64,000 nt of DNA, from IMG/VR virus record IMGVR_UViG_3300020578_005267. One strand, written 5' to 3'. How positions within the stretch are numbered: the stretch's first letter is position 1; each line of letters opens with the position of its first letter. This stretch comes from an uncultured virus (IMG/VR IMGVR_UViG_3300020578_005267) (Duplodnaviria > Heunggongvirae > Uroviricota > Caudoviricetes). Positions 29,077 to 40,200 of this stretch are shown piece by piece. A program made the translations under genes and the position numbers. The notes beneath the pieces were generated by a model. The model searched no databases. It had not been told where the DNA came from and was given only the letters and a program-made list of their open reading frames with translations.

Positions 29077-29718
29077 TTAATAACCAAAATCTTTTACATT
29101 GTCTGGTTTTGGTTGGAATGTATCCTTGATTTCTGAAGGGTTGATGTCTGTTACATCATCTGGTGTAAGTACATAGTCCCTCTTACCTGTCTTTTCCATT
29201 TCCTCTTCTTTTTCGTCGAAAAATTGTGAAAGTTTTTGATTAAAAGGATAGGAATCGTAACTTCTTAGTTCAAGTCTTTCTTCAGGAGTTTTTGTTCTAT
29301 ATTTTTCAATTTTGTTTTCGATTGAATTCAATCTTGCCATAATACTATCCATCTCAGAAAGTTTCTGTTCAAGTGAATTCAATTGATTAAATAGGTTTTC
29401 AAAATAGTCGTCCTGCTTTGTTTCTATTTTTTTTTGTGAATCTACAAGTTCTGTTACATCCAATTCTTCAGTACCCTCTTCTTCACCCTCTTGACTTTTA
29501 CCTTTCATGTCAATTTTCTCGACATCAGGATCATTTTCTACGTCTATCTTTTCAGGGGTAGCCGCGGATTCAGGTGCTGCTGCAGCGGGATCTGCAGGAG
29601 CTTGTCCCGCAATAGGATCTTCAGGGGCAGCTACAGCCGCAGCTTCTTGTTCTGTTATGTAACGATTTACTTTATTGTATTTTTCAATCTCAGCTAAAAT
29701 TTTCTTATCCAAGCTCAT
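29077..29718 (-). CDS. Acidic coiled-coil protein, possibly an internal head protein
   Basis: 213 aa with an Ala/Pro linker and heptad region; N-terminal ILAEIEK...YITEQE. Confidence 0.6.
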   Translation of the reverse strand: MSLDKKILAEIEKYNKVNRYITEQEAAAVAAPEDPIAGQAPADPAAAAPESAATPEKIDVENDPDVEKIDMKGKSQEGEEEGTEELDVTELVDSQKKIETKQDDYFENLFNQLNSLEQKLSEMDSIMARLNSIENKIEKYRTKTPEERLELRSYDSYPFNQKLSQFFDEKEEEMEKTGKRDYVLTPDDVTDINPSEIKDTFQPKPDNVKDFGY

Positions 29719-29721
29719 TTC

Positions 29722-29946
29722 TTATCCGTTTAATAATTGTTTAACACCGTGTGGTGTCTCAACTCTAACTTTTTTATTTATCGTCATGGTATTATCAACC
29801 CTTTCAATAAGTCCATCTTTTATACGAACTGTATAACAGTCACCAGTATCTAAATCACAAACTTGTTTTGTACCGTCACCATTATCCATTTCTGAATATC
29901 TTGTAGACTTACCCAAGTAGTTGTCTAAGGCTTCTTTGATGTTCAT
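29722..29946 (-). CDS. Hypothetical protein (74 aa)
   Basis: ORF with CDLDTGDC motif and TATTTAT motif upstream. Confidence 0.65.
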   Translation of the reverse strand: MNIKEALDNYLGKSTRYSEMDNGDGTKQVCDLDTGDCYTVRIKDGLIERVDNTMTINKKVRVETPHGVKQLLNG

Positions 29947-29958
29947 ACTTTTTTTATT

Positions 29959-29966
29959 TATAAATA
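29959..29966 (-). promoter_or_regulatory. TATTTAT putative phage late-promoter motif
   Basis: 12 nt before ATG 29946. Confidence 0.6.
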
Positions 29967-29980
29967 TACTGCAAATACAA

Positions 29981-32900
29981 TTATGTACATTTCTTACCGT
30001 AAAGAATTATTTCCCTACCGTTGGTTCCATTAGGGTAACACACACCACATGGGTCCTCAAGTATTTCCTGATAGTCTTGTTCGTCAATCAATTGATTAGC
30101 AATGAAGTTCAGACCAGGACATCCTAATGGTAACACTACTTGTACAATACTATATGAATATTCAGGATATTCTTTGATTTTGAATCTTATACCTATTTTA
30201 TCTTTGTCGTTAGCCGCGGCACTAAGTTCTCTCGTATAAGAGTTAGGTGTTATAAATTCGAAGGAGTTACCACCTGTGGTTGATTTAACCATAATACTTG
30301 ATCCAATTTTTACTTCACCACCCATTCCTGTTAATGGGACTAAGTAGATGTCGACAGGGTAATCCTTGCTAAGGGTGTTGGGACCTATAACTCCTTTGAT
30401 TTTTAACTTTCCATCATTTTGTACATTTGCATTAATTACATAAACTATACCAGTGTTTGGAATCCTGGCGTTTGAGAAAATTGTTCTATCGGTAGCGTTA
30501 GGTGTAACATTGGAGTTTACCTGTTGTCCTGACGGTGTAGTCGTTGTTGGGTTTGCCGTTGAAACGTATGGTATTCCTGCAGTTGGGAATAATGCTGCAA
30601 TCTTTGTCATTGCTTCTTCTATCTTGGCTTTGACTTGTTTTCCTTGGTTCGTTTCAAAATTTTTCTGTTGTTTCTCGTCTCTAATCTGTGGCCAAAATCT
30701 CTTATAGTAATTGTACATTGCATCAGCCGTTGGTATAAATGAGTTCGCCGACACAGTCTCGAATTCAGTAGCTTTACATGATTGATCTAAAGAGTCGAAC
30801 ATAAATCCTAAAAACTTAGCCAAGGTTTCAAATCTAGCGAACGGTTTGGATTGTTGACCTTTATCAGTTCCCACGTTGACACAACAGAATTGTTTTTGAA
30901 AATATTTGTTAGACTTACCTACACCCCAATCTATTTGTAGACTGACATTTGTGTAATTGTTTCCGAAAGACTTCATTTCTTCTCCCTTAGCGGATGAAAC
31001 ATAACTGAACACAAAGACAGCCATTGCAAGTTGTGATCTCTTTTTTTCATCGGAAGACGAACTATTGTTATTGTTTTTCATTTCATTTACGAAAGTTTGT
31101 AGGCTTGTTTTCGTTTCGTTAGCGGCAGTGACACTATAATCCTTTTGGTACGTTGTAACACCTGTTGTTATTAGTTCTACACAACTGTTTTGAGCAGCAT
31201 TCGTTTTGTCGCTCGTTTGATTTACCTCTCCTATGTTTGGTTTGACGGTAGCTGTTTTCAGATCCGTGGTTGTTAGTTTTTGTAATAAATTTTTATTCAA
31301 ACTTATCAAATAATTGTTAGGTCTTATGCTTGAAAATACTCGTTGTCTGACTCCCGAAAATGTTGTTTCAAAAACACCTGGACTAATTGTGTGTTGAACC
31401 GAAGTTATCAAATATGCTCCGTTAAACATCGGAACGTGGTTTAAACAGAAATACATTGTGGGTTGTAATAGTGCGTTTCCCAAGCATGTCACAGTGCTAG
31501 CGTAGCTCCTTTCGTTGTATATGTTCAGCAATGACACGTTATTCGAAACTACATCCCTACCTGAGGATTGATTTGCTAAATTATTGACTGCGACTAAACT
31601 TTCGGTAGTTGCCTTACCTATATCTTGTGATATTGTAAATTGTTTGAAAACATTTTGATTTCTAATACCCATATCAACGTTAAATCCTACACATCTGTTG
31701 GAGAGGGCGTAGTTTGTTTCTTTTCCGTCATCTGAAATCACTGGATTATCCGTTATACTATTACAATTGAATCCATCGTTTTTATATCGGAAATCTTTGT
31801 TTCTTCCCAATTCAGGGTAATTAGAAGGTTTCTCAGAATAAAAACAGACCAATTTTGGTTGTGAGTTTCTATAATCAACGTTCAAAAATGTACCCCATAA
31901 GTTGTTTGCAAAGTCTGCAGAACTTTCTGTCTTAGGTACAGGATTCCTACCATCAGGTGTTTGTATGTTATAGAAATTAACATAAGCTGGTAATGGCATA
32001 ACTGAGAAGTTATTTTCAACTAGAATACCTGAGATTAATGTAAAAACACTTGCAGCAGTATTAAGATTTCTGACTCTTCTTGGAAGGTCCAACACGTCTA
32101 CTAATATACTATCCCCAACGCTTCTTGATGCTCTATCTACAAATAGGAAATCTTGTAATAGTGTCTCTTCGTTGTAGGCATTCCCTGAAATCCATTTGTC
32201 ATTGAGAGCTTTGAACATTTCATAAAGTTGTGCTTTTACTAGATCACCTGAAATTGCACTTTTGATCTTACCTTGTACAGGATAGTTAACATCAGGTAAT
32301 CCTTTCTGTAAGTTTGAAAATAAATTATTGAAAACGTTCTTGTGATACTCCAACATCTGATTAGAATACTCTCGGACTAAATTTTGGAATGAAACTGAAT
32401 TCAGAGATTTGTCACTTAGTTTCTGAGTGGCATATATTCTTATAAGTGGTGCACATATAAGGACGTTGTTTTTATTAAACCTAATATTATTGTCTACAAA
32501 AAAATCTGTTATAAATGATCCGTCGTCATTAAATATTAATTCAGGGATTGTTGTGGGTCCCACTTGTAAAAGTAGTTCTTTCCAAGCCTCAGGATTTGCC
32601 GCAATAGATGCGGATAAGGTTACATTACCACCAAGGGTAGGCAGGGATCCTGTCACATATGTTTCGAATTTGAATGGATCCACCAATCTAAAATCTACGG
32701 ACGTAGTTGTTGATGGTGTGGAGGTATTGTCAACAAAAATATACCCTGTTTTATAGTCAGGGTTGAAACTGTCAAACAATTTTCTATTGTAGTTTGATGG
32801 ATTACCCATTCTGAGTACAACATCATACTCCATAAAATTATTCAAGATTGATATTACGTTACCAAATTGTTGGGTTATGGCGCTTTTCAAATAATCTTTT

Positions 32901-35900
32901 ATTGGTTGATTGACTTCGGGACTTCTGATTTCAAAAAACTCTCTTACCATAAGTTGAAAATTCTTCAAGTATCTATTGGGGTCATTTGTATCAACATTCA
33001 GGGTAATCTTGGGCTGGCTTGGACCAACATTATCGTTTATGTTATAAACCGATTTACTGAAATCGAGGAACTTTTGTTCCATTATCTCTAACTGTTCTTT
33101 GTTGAAAACTGCAAAAATTTCTTCAATACTTGAATAAGTAAAACCCAAACTCATAGGTTGTACTTCACCTTCTGGTTGGACCAAAGTCATGTACTCATTC
33201 GGGTTTGGCTTTGGATTTCTTAGAATATCAAAATAACCGTAGTTTGGTGCCCCCCAAAATGATCTCACACTACCATTGTATATTGCAGAATTATCTAAAA
33301 TATTGATGGTTGATTTATACGTTCCTTGAGTCGATGTTGTATCAAAAATTGAATATGGAACTTGATTGTATATCGATCCGAATGAGGGTGAAGTGTAATA
33401 AGTCCCCGTTGAAGTATTTTTTATTGTGGTTGTCCACGGATTCATTCTGAAGATATTGAATGGAGTACCCGCCGACACAAATGTCTGATCCACATTAGAT
33501 TCATTGATGTTACCTACTTTCATAGTCACATCAACATACAATTGTATTTCTTCATCGGAATAGGTTGAAAAACACGGCTCACCGTTCAAGAACACATTCA
33601 TGTCGTTTATCAATTTAGGATAAAATCCTGATTGTATGGTTTGACTTGTGAAGGAAATTGGCGCTTGAGGTGTTGTTGTACTAAAATAATATCCTTGTAA
33701 ATATACTTTGGATAAAGTGTCCGGTTCGAAACTCAATTCATATACTTTGTCAACTCTACCCGTTACCGGATCGAAATTGTTCACGTAGTCAAAATTTTTC
33801 CAACAAGTATCAAGTATGTCAACATTATCATTTACAAACTTTTTGTATCTGTGGTAGATTGAACCTAACTTTAGAATCCAAGGATATGGTAATTTGTGGA
33901 CACCTCCGAATCTTTTGATTGAAGAAGCAATATAATCTAAACTCTCAACTCCTCCCTTATTCTTGTAGGTTCCTCTCAACGTAGATAAAGGAAGTGAGTT
34001 CAATAACAGATACGCACCTTGTACAAATGGATATTCTTTTTTGGCCTGCCAATCAGCAACACCGTTCTGTAAGGCGTTTACAAAATAAGATGTATTAAGG
34101 ATAGATGTGGTTTGGGCGACATAATCATTTCCATTTGAACCCACGCAGATTCCTTCCGTAGAAAGAAATTGTGATGGTTTATCTCTGTATTGATAAAATA
34201 TATTAAGGTTGTTTTGTGGTACAACGGGCTGAGTGAAGTTTTTATAACTAAAGCTTGTAACAGGTCTAATACTTTCATTAGTGGTCGTCTCTATAAAATT
34301 AGTGATAACTTTTTTATCATTATTTACAAATAAAGTATTCTTTGTGTTGTAAAATAATCCAGCCAAACCCTTTGCACTTGTTTCTAAGTTTGTCTGGTCC
34401 CAACTTATATTGGTGAAAGGATATGTGTCACAAAAGTCGGGCTTTACGTTTGTTTCAATAAGGGTTTTGAAATTATTTAGGTCTGTTTGAGTAAGACCTC
34501 TATTCACCGTTGGACTTGCTCCCTGTATCGTGCTATTATCGTAGATTTCAAAAGGTCTTTCCACCTCACTTTGAATATACGATGTTGCAAAAATGTCTCT
34601 AATTAATTTTTGTATTGAAGGGCCAGTACCTTGATTTGATATATGGGATAAGACACCTAAATAGTTTTCGAAGTTGAAACCGTAGTTTTTCAACTTCTGT
34701 ATAAGGAAGGGTGATGATATACCCAAAGCATTAATAATATTATCTGCCTCATTTCTTCCAATCGTTTCATATATTTCTTTGATATTACCACCTCTTTGAA
34801 ATCTATTATAATGTGAATTCAAATAAGTTCTCTCCCAAATTTCAAAGAAAAACTTGACTTCCTCTTTGGAAAAATAAGGTAAATTACTTTGTGGAAATTC
34901 AATTCCGTTTAGTGTTAATCTATTAATTTCTTCCTCTTCGTTTTCTTTCGTTGTGGTATCAGGCACTTGTGGTCCTCTTTCTGTTGTCGCTTTGATGAAC
35001 TCTTCAACAAATTCAACCTCAGGCCATTTTTTATAGTCAAATGCTTTAGTAGAGTCTACAACACTGGCGTCGCCTGGATATTGAATCACGAATCTTTGGG
35101 GGTTTTTATCGTCTTGTACAAAATATTGTGGCCATGGATATATCGGAACTAAATTTTGTTTGTTGAGAATTTGTACATCGTCCTTAGCATCAGAAGATGG
35201 ATATTTCAAAACAGCTGTTCTTCTATCAGGATCTTCCCTCTGATCCCAAGCCTTTTTATGTACATCGTCGAGTAATCTGATAAAAGCCTCGGTCGAAGCC
35301 ATTATAACTGTAATAATATTCTTAATTGATGGTCTGAATCCAACACCTTGATCCTTACTTTCTAGTCTAGCAGCCAAAACCGCAGTGATTCTCTCCTCTT
35401 CTGCTTGGGCCTTTGAGTTCAGAGTTTCATACATTTTATTTATTAAACCTGTGAACCTACCATTACCTTCAAAGACATACAACTTTACCTTGTCACTTTT
35501 TTCTTGTCCTTGATCATTGAATTCTATTTTAAGTAATAATTCTTTAGCAATTTGGGCTCTTAACTCAGCTTCTTCTGATGTCTCAGGTTTTCTATCTACT
35601 TTTTTTCTGATTTTGAAAGTGGCAACATAATCTATTGAACTAGATTCGATTTCCACAAACATGTTTTCATATGTAACGGTGCTTTTAACTTCCAAGTTTT
35701 TATCTTTTCCACCCTCTGATCCGAATACTGAGTTTTGAGCCAATTTTGAATTGTTTTCTGTTACAAGACTTTTAAGTTTACTATCAACCTCTTGTTTTTG
35801 AGTTACACCATTTGTATTAGTTCCTTCTTGTACTGCTTTTTTTAATGGATACAAAGTTTCACCCATACCCTTAACAATAATTGCCTTCTCTTGATCACAA

Positions 35901-36985
35901 TTGACTTCAAACCAAGAATCTTTGTTTGTGTATATTACCCCTAAAAAAGTGTCCAAGTCTTTACTGAATGTTTTACTTTCAGTTAGTGATGATACGTCTT
36001 CTTTTGTCCAACAATTTACTAAGTTCTGCTCAAACAACTCCAATCTATTCAAAAGTTCGTCAAGAGCTAGCTCGGGGAAATCATTTGGTATCAATCCTTT
36101 CTGTTTGTAATCTCTGTAGACTTCATGTATTTTGGCGGTACCACCTTCCTCAAATTGAGTTATCGATGCTGATTTTGTTGAATCAGACAATTTTTTACTG
36201 ATCGTGTATTGACTTTGATACATGTGTGGAACTGACAGTATCGACTGTAAAGATATTTCGTTAAGTATGTTGAACTTATACCCATAAAATTGTAATGTTA
36301 CTCCATAGTTTCCCGAAAAAGTATTGAATCTTGCATTGAACGAAATCAAGTTCAATTGATATCTGATTGCTTGTCCATAAAAACCTTTGAGAGTTAGGTA
36401 GAATGGTGGATATGGTAATTGGAAAAAAGCGGCGTATGGTGATAAATCTCCTTTTTCAAATAAAGCTCTTCCTTGTATATCCTCCAACTCTATTGTAACC
36501 TGAGGTATAAATGATGTATCTATCTTACAGTTGATTTGTGTGATTCCAAGTAATCCAGTATCATTTTGATTTTGTGTTGGTAGACCCGGTTCCAAATTTG
36601 CTACTGGTTTTTGTCCCGTTGGTGGTACGAAAGAGGCTGAAGATTTATTATTACTTCCTTTATTGAGCACCCCGAGACCTGTAATTTCGTTTGTATAATC
36701 ATTGGTCAAATACTTTTGACCACCTGGTTTCATGAAATTTATTTCTGCGATAGAAACTGTACTAATTTGATCTTGAACTGTTTGTCCTACGGCTAATTTG
36801 GTTCTTGGTAACAGTTTTGTTTCCAAGTTAGCATACATTACCAAGTTTTCTTGGGCAACAGATCTCTCTTTAATCTTTCCTTGGTTGTCAACTATTTTAT
36901 TAGGATCAACCACAATAAAATTTTGAACGTCAAAATCTACATAGATATTTCCGTCCTGTCCTGTGAATACACTATTACCTGCCAT
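29981..36985 (-). CDS. Giant baseplate hub-like protein (gp27/gpD-like halves separated by a large insertion), 2334 aa
   Basis: N-terminal LGITQINC...VTIELED and C-proximal YASTVTCLGNALLQPTMYF...GAYLITSVQHTISPGVFETTFSG hub-type motif; follows a gp53/LysM-like gene. Confidence 0.6.
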   Translation of the reverse strand: MAGNSVFTGQDGNIYVDFDVQNFIVVDPNKIVDNQGKIKERSVAQENLVMYANLETKLLPRTKLAVGQTVQDQISTVSIAEINFMKPGGQKYLTNDYTNEITGLGVLNKGSNNKSSASFVPPTGQKPVANLEPGLPTQNQNDTGLLGITQINCKIDTSFIPQVTIELEDIQGRALFEKGDLSPYAAFFQLPYPPFYLTLKGFYGQAIRYQLNLISFNARFNTFSGNYGVTLQFYGYKFNILNEISLQSILSVPHMYQSQYTISKKLSDSTKSASITQFEEGGTAKIHEVYRDYKQKGLIPNDFPELALDELLNRLELFEQNLVNCWTKEDVSSLTESKTFSKDLDTFLGVIYTNKDSWFEVNCDQEKAIIVKGMGETLYPLKKAVQEGTNTNGVTQKQEVDSKLKSLVTENNSKLAQNSVFGSEGGKDKNLEVKSTVTYENMFVEIESSSIDYVATFKIRKKVDRKPETSEEAELRAQIAKELLLKIEFNDQGQEKSDKVKLYVFEGNGRFTGLINKMYETLNSKAQAEEERITAVLAARLESKDQGVGFRPSIKNIITVIMASTEAFIRLLDDVHKKAWDQREDPDRRTAVLKYPSSDAKDDVQILNKQNLVPIYPWPQYFVQDDKNPQRFVIQYPGDASVVDSTKAFDYKKWPEVEFVEEFIKATTERGPQVPDTTTKENEEEEINRLTLNGIEFPQSNLPYFSKEEVKFFFEIWERTYLNSHYNRFQRGGNIKEIYETIGRNEADNIINALGISSPFLIQKLKNYGFNFENYLGVLSHISNQGTGPSIQKLIRDIFATSYIQSEVERPFEIYDNSTIQGASPTVNRGLTQTDLNNFKTLIETNVKPDFCDTYPFTNISWDQTNLETSAKGLAGLFYNTKNTLFVNNDKKVITNFIETTTNESIRPVTSFSYKNFTQPVVPQNNLNIFYQYRDKPSQFLSTEGICVGSNGNDYVAQTTSILNTSYFVNALQNGVADWQAKKEYPFVQGAYLLLNSLPLSTLRGTYKNKGGVESLDYIASSIKRFGGVHKLPYPWILKLGSIYHRYKKFVNDNVDILDTCWKNFDYVNNFDPVTGRVDKVYELSFEPDTLSKVYLQGYYFSTTTPQAPISFTSQTIQSGFYPKLINDMNVFLNGEPCFSTYSDEEIQLYVDVTMKVGNINESNVDQTFVSAGTPFNIFRMNPWTTTIKNTSTGTYYTSPSFGSIYNQVPYSIFDTTSTQGTYKSTINILDNSAIYNGSVRSFWGAPNYGYFDILRNPKPNPNEYMTLVQPEGEVQPMSLGFTYSSIEEIFAVFNKEQLEIMEQKFLDFSKSVYNINDNVGPSQPKITLNVDTNDPNRYLKNFQLMVREFFEIRSPEVNQPIKDYLKSAITQQFGNVISILNNFMEYDVVLRMGNPSNYNRKLFDSFNPDYKTGYIFVDNTSTPSTTTSVDFRLVDPFKFETYVTGSLPTLGGNVTLSASIAANPEAWKELLLQVGPTTIPELIFNDDGSFITDFFVDNNIRFNKNNVLICAPLIRIYATQKLSDKSLNSVSFQNLVREYSNQMLEYHKNVFNNLFSNLQKGLPDVNYPVQGKIKSAISGDLVKAQLYEMFKALNDKWISGNAYNEETLLQDFLFVDRASRSVGDSILVDVLDLPRRVRNLNTAASVFTLISGILVENNFSVMPLPAYVNFYNIQTPDGRNPVPKTESSADFANNLWGTFLNVDYRNSQPKLVCFYSEKPSNYPELGRNKDFRYKNDGFNCNSITDNPVISDDGKETNYALSNRCVGFNVDMGIRNQNVFKQFTISQDIGKATTESLVAVNNLANQSSGRDVVSNNVSLLNIYNERSYASTVTCLGNALLQPTMYFCLNHVPMFNGAYLITSVQHTISPGVFETTFSGVRQRVFSSIRPNNYLISLNKNLLQKLTTTDLKTATVKPNIGEVNQTSDKTNAAQNSCVELITTGVTTYQKDYSVTAANETKTSLQTFVNEMKNNNNSSSSDEKKRSQLAMAVFVFSYVSSAKGEEMKSFGNNYTNVSLQIDWGVGKSNKYFQKQFCCVNVGTDKGQQSKPFARFETLAKFLGFMFDSLDQSCKATEFETVSANSFIPTADAMYNYYKRFWPQIRDEKQQKNFETNQGKQVKAKIEEAMTKIAALFPTAGIPYVSTANPTTTTPSGQQVNSNVTPNATDRTIFSNARIPNTGIVYVINANVQNDGKLKIKGVIGPNTLSKDYPVDIYLVPLTGMGGEVKIGSSIMVKSTTGGNSFEFITPNSYTRELSAAANDKDKIGIRFKIKEYPEYSYSIVQVVLPLGCPGLNFIANQLIDEQDYQEILEDPCGVCYPNGTNGREIILYGKKCT

Positions 36986-37298
36986 AATATAAGAACTGGT
37001 TATCCAAAGCCGCTTTATAATCCTGAAGTGAAGTGATTAATGGAAATGGGACAACCAAGAAAGCACCGTCAAAAATGTTCTGTTCTAATCCACCAAATTG
37101 GGGATTGGCTTGTAATATCAACCATCCAAAATATGGTGATCCATAATATTCATCTGAAACTTTATCAAGTCTACTTCTATTAACTTTATAAATGTGTACT
37201 TTGTCGGTTGGTTTATTGGGTATATTAACAAAGGGCACGACGGTTTGCTCACCATTGATGAGAAACTCTTGGTATCGATTATAGTATTGTCCTCCCAT
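36975..37298 (-). CDS. Baseplate LysM / gp53 / tail protein X-like protein
   Basis: RLDKVSDEYYGSPYFGWLILQANP signature. Confidence 0.8.
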   Translation of the reverse strand: MGGQYYNRYQEFLINGEQTVVPFVNIPNKPTDKVHIYKVNRSRLDKVSDEYYGSPYFGWLILQANPQFGGLEQNIFDGAFLVVPFPLITSLQDYKAALDNQFLYYGR

Positions 37299-40200
37299 TA
37301 ATTAAACTTTACTTTGTTGTTCCAAGTTTTATTACTTGTATTTGAGTTTACCGTCTTTCCCAAATCTTTAATAGAATTCTTTTGATTATTTGTTGGTGTA
37401 AGAACTTGTTCAAACGTAAACTTTCTTTCTATACCCTTATTATAGGGCGTGAACTTCATAAAGTCAGCAACATGATCTTTTGAAAATTTCTCAATCAATG
37501 TCTGTGTGGCTTTAGTTTCACCATCATAGACTGGTTTAACTTTTATTTTCCAATATTCGTCGAATACTCTTTGAATTTCCTGATTACCTTTGAATTCTGC
37601 GTTATTGATGACATTATCAATCATTTTTGATCTGAAGTTTTGGTATTCTTTGTCATTCAAGATCACATTATTCAAAATCATGTAACCAATCTTGTTTGTC
37701 TTACCGTTTGCCTCCCAAAATAATCCTGACCCAACGGGATTGTTTGGATTTGTTAAAGGTATAAAAACGTTTGTTTCGAGCCCCCCTTGATTCTTAAGAC
37801 CATTTCTCATCACAGTCCCTTGGATTTGTCCACTCGATGTATTGTATGTATTAATAGTAGAAAGTTTTTCGTTAAAATCTTTTAAAGCCACCGCAACTTT
37901 TGTGATGTCACTCTTCATATCATTATATGTTGATGGACTAACTGGTGCACATTGGTAAATTTTAATTGTGCCGTTCTGTAAAGCATATCCATCGGTTAAT
38001 AAAGACCCACTATCTTGGAATAAAACATTCAGTCTATTCAATATTGCAGTAAGATTCAATTGTTGTTGTGTTGATTCTTGTATTGTTTGTGTAATCGCAT
38101 TATAGTAACTCGAACGTTTTTCGTTCACAAAAGTTGAAAAGTTTTTCTTTATTACTCTTATGATTTTAGGTGAGAATGCAAAGTTTTTACTTTCCAAATA
38201 TTCTATAAATTGATTACTTCCATTGTTGATACTCGTTTCATAATCAGTAAAGAACTTATTAATTCTTTTTTCGATGTTTTGGGACTTACCTACCAAGTTG
38301 TTAGTTGTAACACCGTTTGAGTTTATCAGCCCTTCCATGTAATACCTCTCATATCCCCACTGTTGTAACATAACACCACCATATTGATTGACAATTGTTT
38401 TGGATTGGTTGATTGTGTTTGTAAAGAACGTTTGTGAAGAATTTAATAGAGAGTTCATTATATCATTATAGTTGATGTCACCTTGGTCTAATTGTGAGTC
38501 AGTAATTGATCTTCTTGTGATTACACCGATTGTTTCGCTATTCCCTTTTCCATTATATGCATTTGGGTCATTTAGTGCATTCAAATTGTTGAGTGTCTCA
38601 TTTGCTTGTATATTCTTAATAAATTCCGCATCTAAAGCTTGTGCACTTTCAATGTCAGTCGCGTCTGCTCTTTCGTCATAAATCTCCGTGTTCGCATAGT
38701 AATTGAACGACAACGCATTCTGTAGTTTGTCAATTGGTTCTTTAAGACCGGCTCCACCAATAAAATTGAAGCCAAGTTGGATACTAGCAATCATGGGTTG
38801 AACACCTATACCTTCAGGATTTATATCCAATAATAAAGGTTCATATGTAATACCTAAACTTGTTGGGGCTATCTTAATATTATAAAAGTCACCAACTCTC
38901 AAAATTAATATTGGTGGTGCACCAAAAGCTGTATTAACTGCCTGATCATATTGTACTGTCGTTTGTCCATTAACTTCTTTGATTGTTGGAATCGACTCGC
39001 CGGGTCTCATACATTGTTGTAAAAATGTAAGTCTTGTATTCAGTCCTTCAGGTGTCATAGAGTGGAAAGTTGGATCGAAGAATTGTAACTTGTCTTTCAA
39101 GTTGTCAAACACCAATGGCGTTTCCTCTTTGATAACCTCAAAATAATCACACTCCGTTAAAAACTTTCTCAACACTCTTTTTGTAATATTATCTCTTTGG
39201 ACTTCAGTTATTGTTTCTGTTGGTCCTTGTACGTTTGTTTGGGTTGGACCTGTCACAACTTGAGGTGCTTGTCCGTCAGGTACGGCTGGACTTATTGTCT
39301 GTGTTGTTGTCTGATTATTTTGTGGTAAAGATGTTTTTGGTACAACAGTAATATCTGTAATTGTTGCTCTTCTACAAGCCATCGCATTTCTTGTGTAAAT
39401 GTCTTTGTTAACAACACCGTTGTTATTTTTTCCATCACCATCAGTACAATTAATCTGCTCCGTTTTTAAAGTTTTCACGGATGTCACACCAGCAACAGGG
39501 ACTCCCTTACTGTTGACCTCGACAACCCCTTGTTCACCAACAGATTCTTCCTTGAAAATTAGTGTTTGGGGGGTACTCGTAATGAATTTGTTTAAGTCTG
39601 TCTCTTTATAATATTCAATCAAAGATTTAACCCTTCTTTCACTTAATTCTTTGTTATAGTTAACTGTATTTGGGGCGGAAGCACCTCCCTTGATAACAAT
39701 GCGAACAGTATATCCGTCTTCCAAAATCTTTTTGAGTTCATTATAAAAGTTTGATGTATTATTAATCACATTGAAACTAGCAATTACACCATCCCTAAAC
39801 ATGTTTTCGACTTGTTGTTTGGCATTCGGATCTTTCTGACCATTAGGTCCTGTTGCGTTTTTGGTATATGTGGCTTGGTTTGCAGGTGAGGTATAGACCG
39901 TATAATACCCTCCGTAACTACCGACTTGTCCTTTTTTAGGAATATCGTTATCAAAATATACTGATGAATTTTTATACTGATCTAACGTATTCGGTGTCGG
40001 ATCTTTTGTTTCAGATTGTGTACCTACTTTATTAGTTGCTCCAGGTATACCAACATTAAGTTGGGCATTTGCTTCAATTATTTCTTCTTTTGTTACAGAT
40101 GGATTAGTCAACATTCTTTGTATCTCAAACAAATCGGATCTGTTTATTGTTGCATATTTTTTAGCTAACTCATAAATGTCATACTTTGTACAACCCGCTA

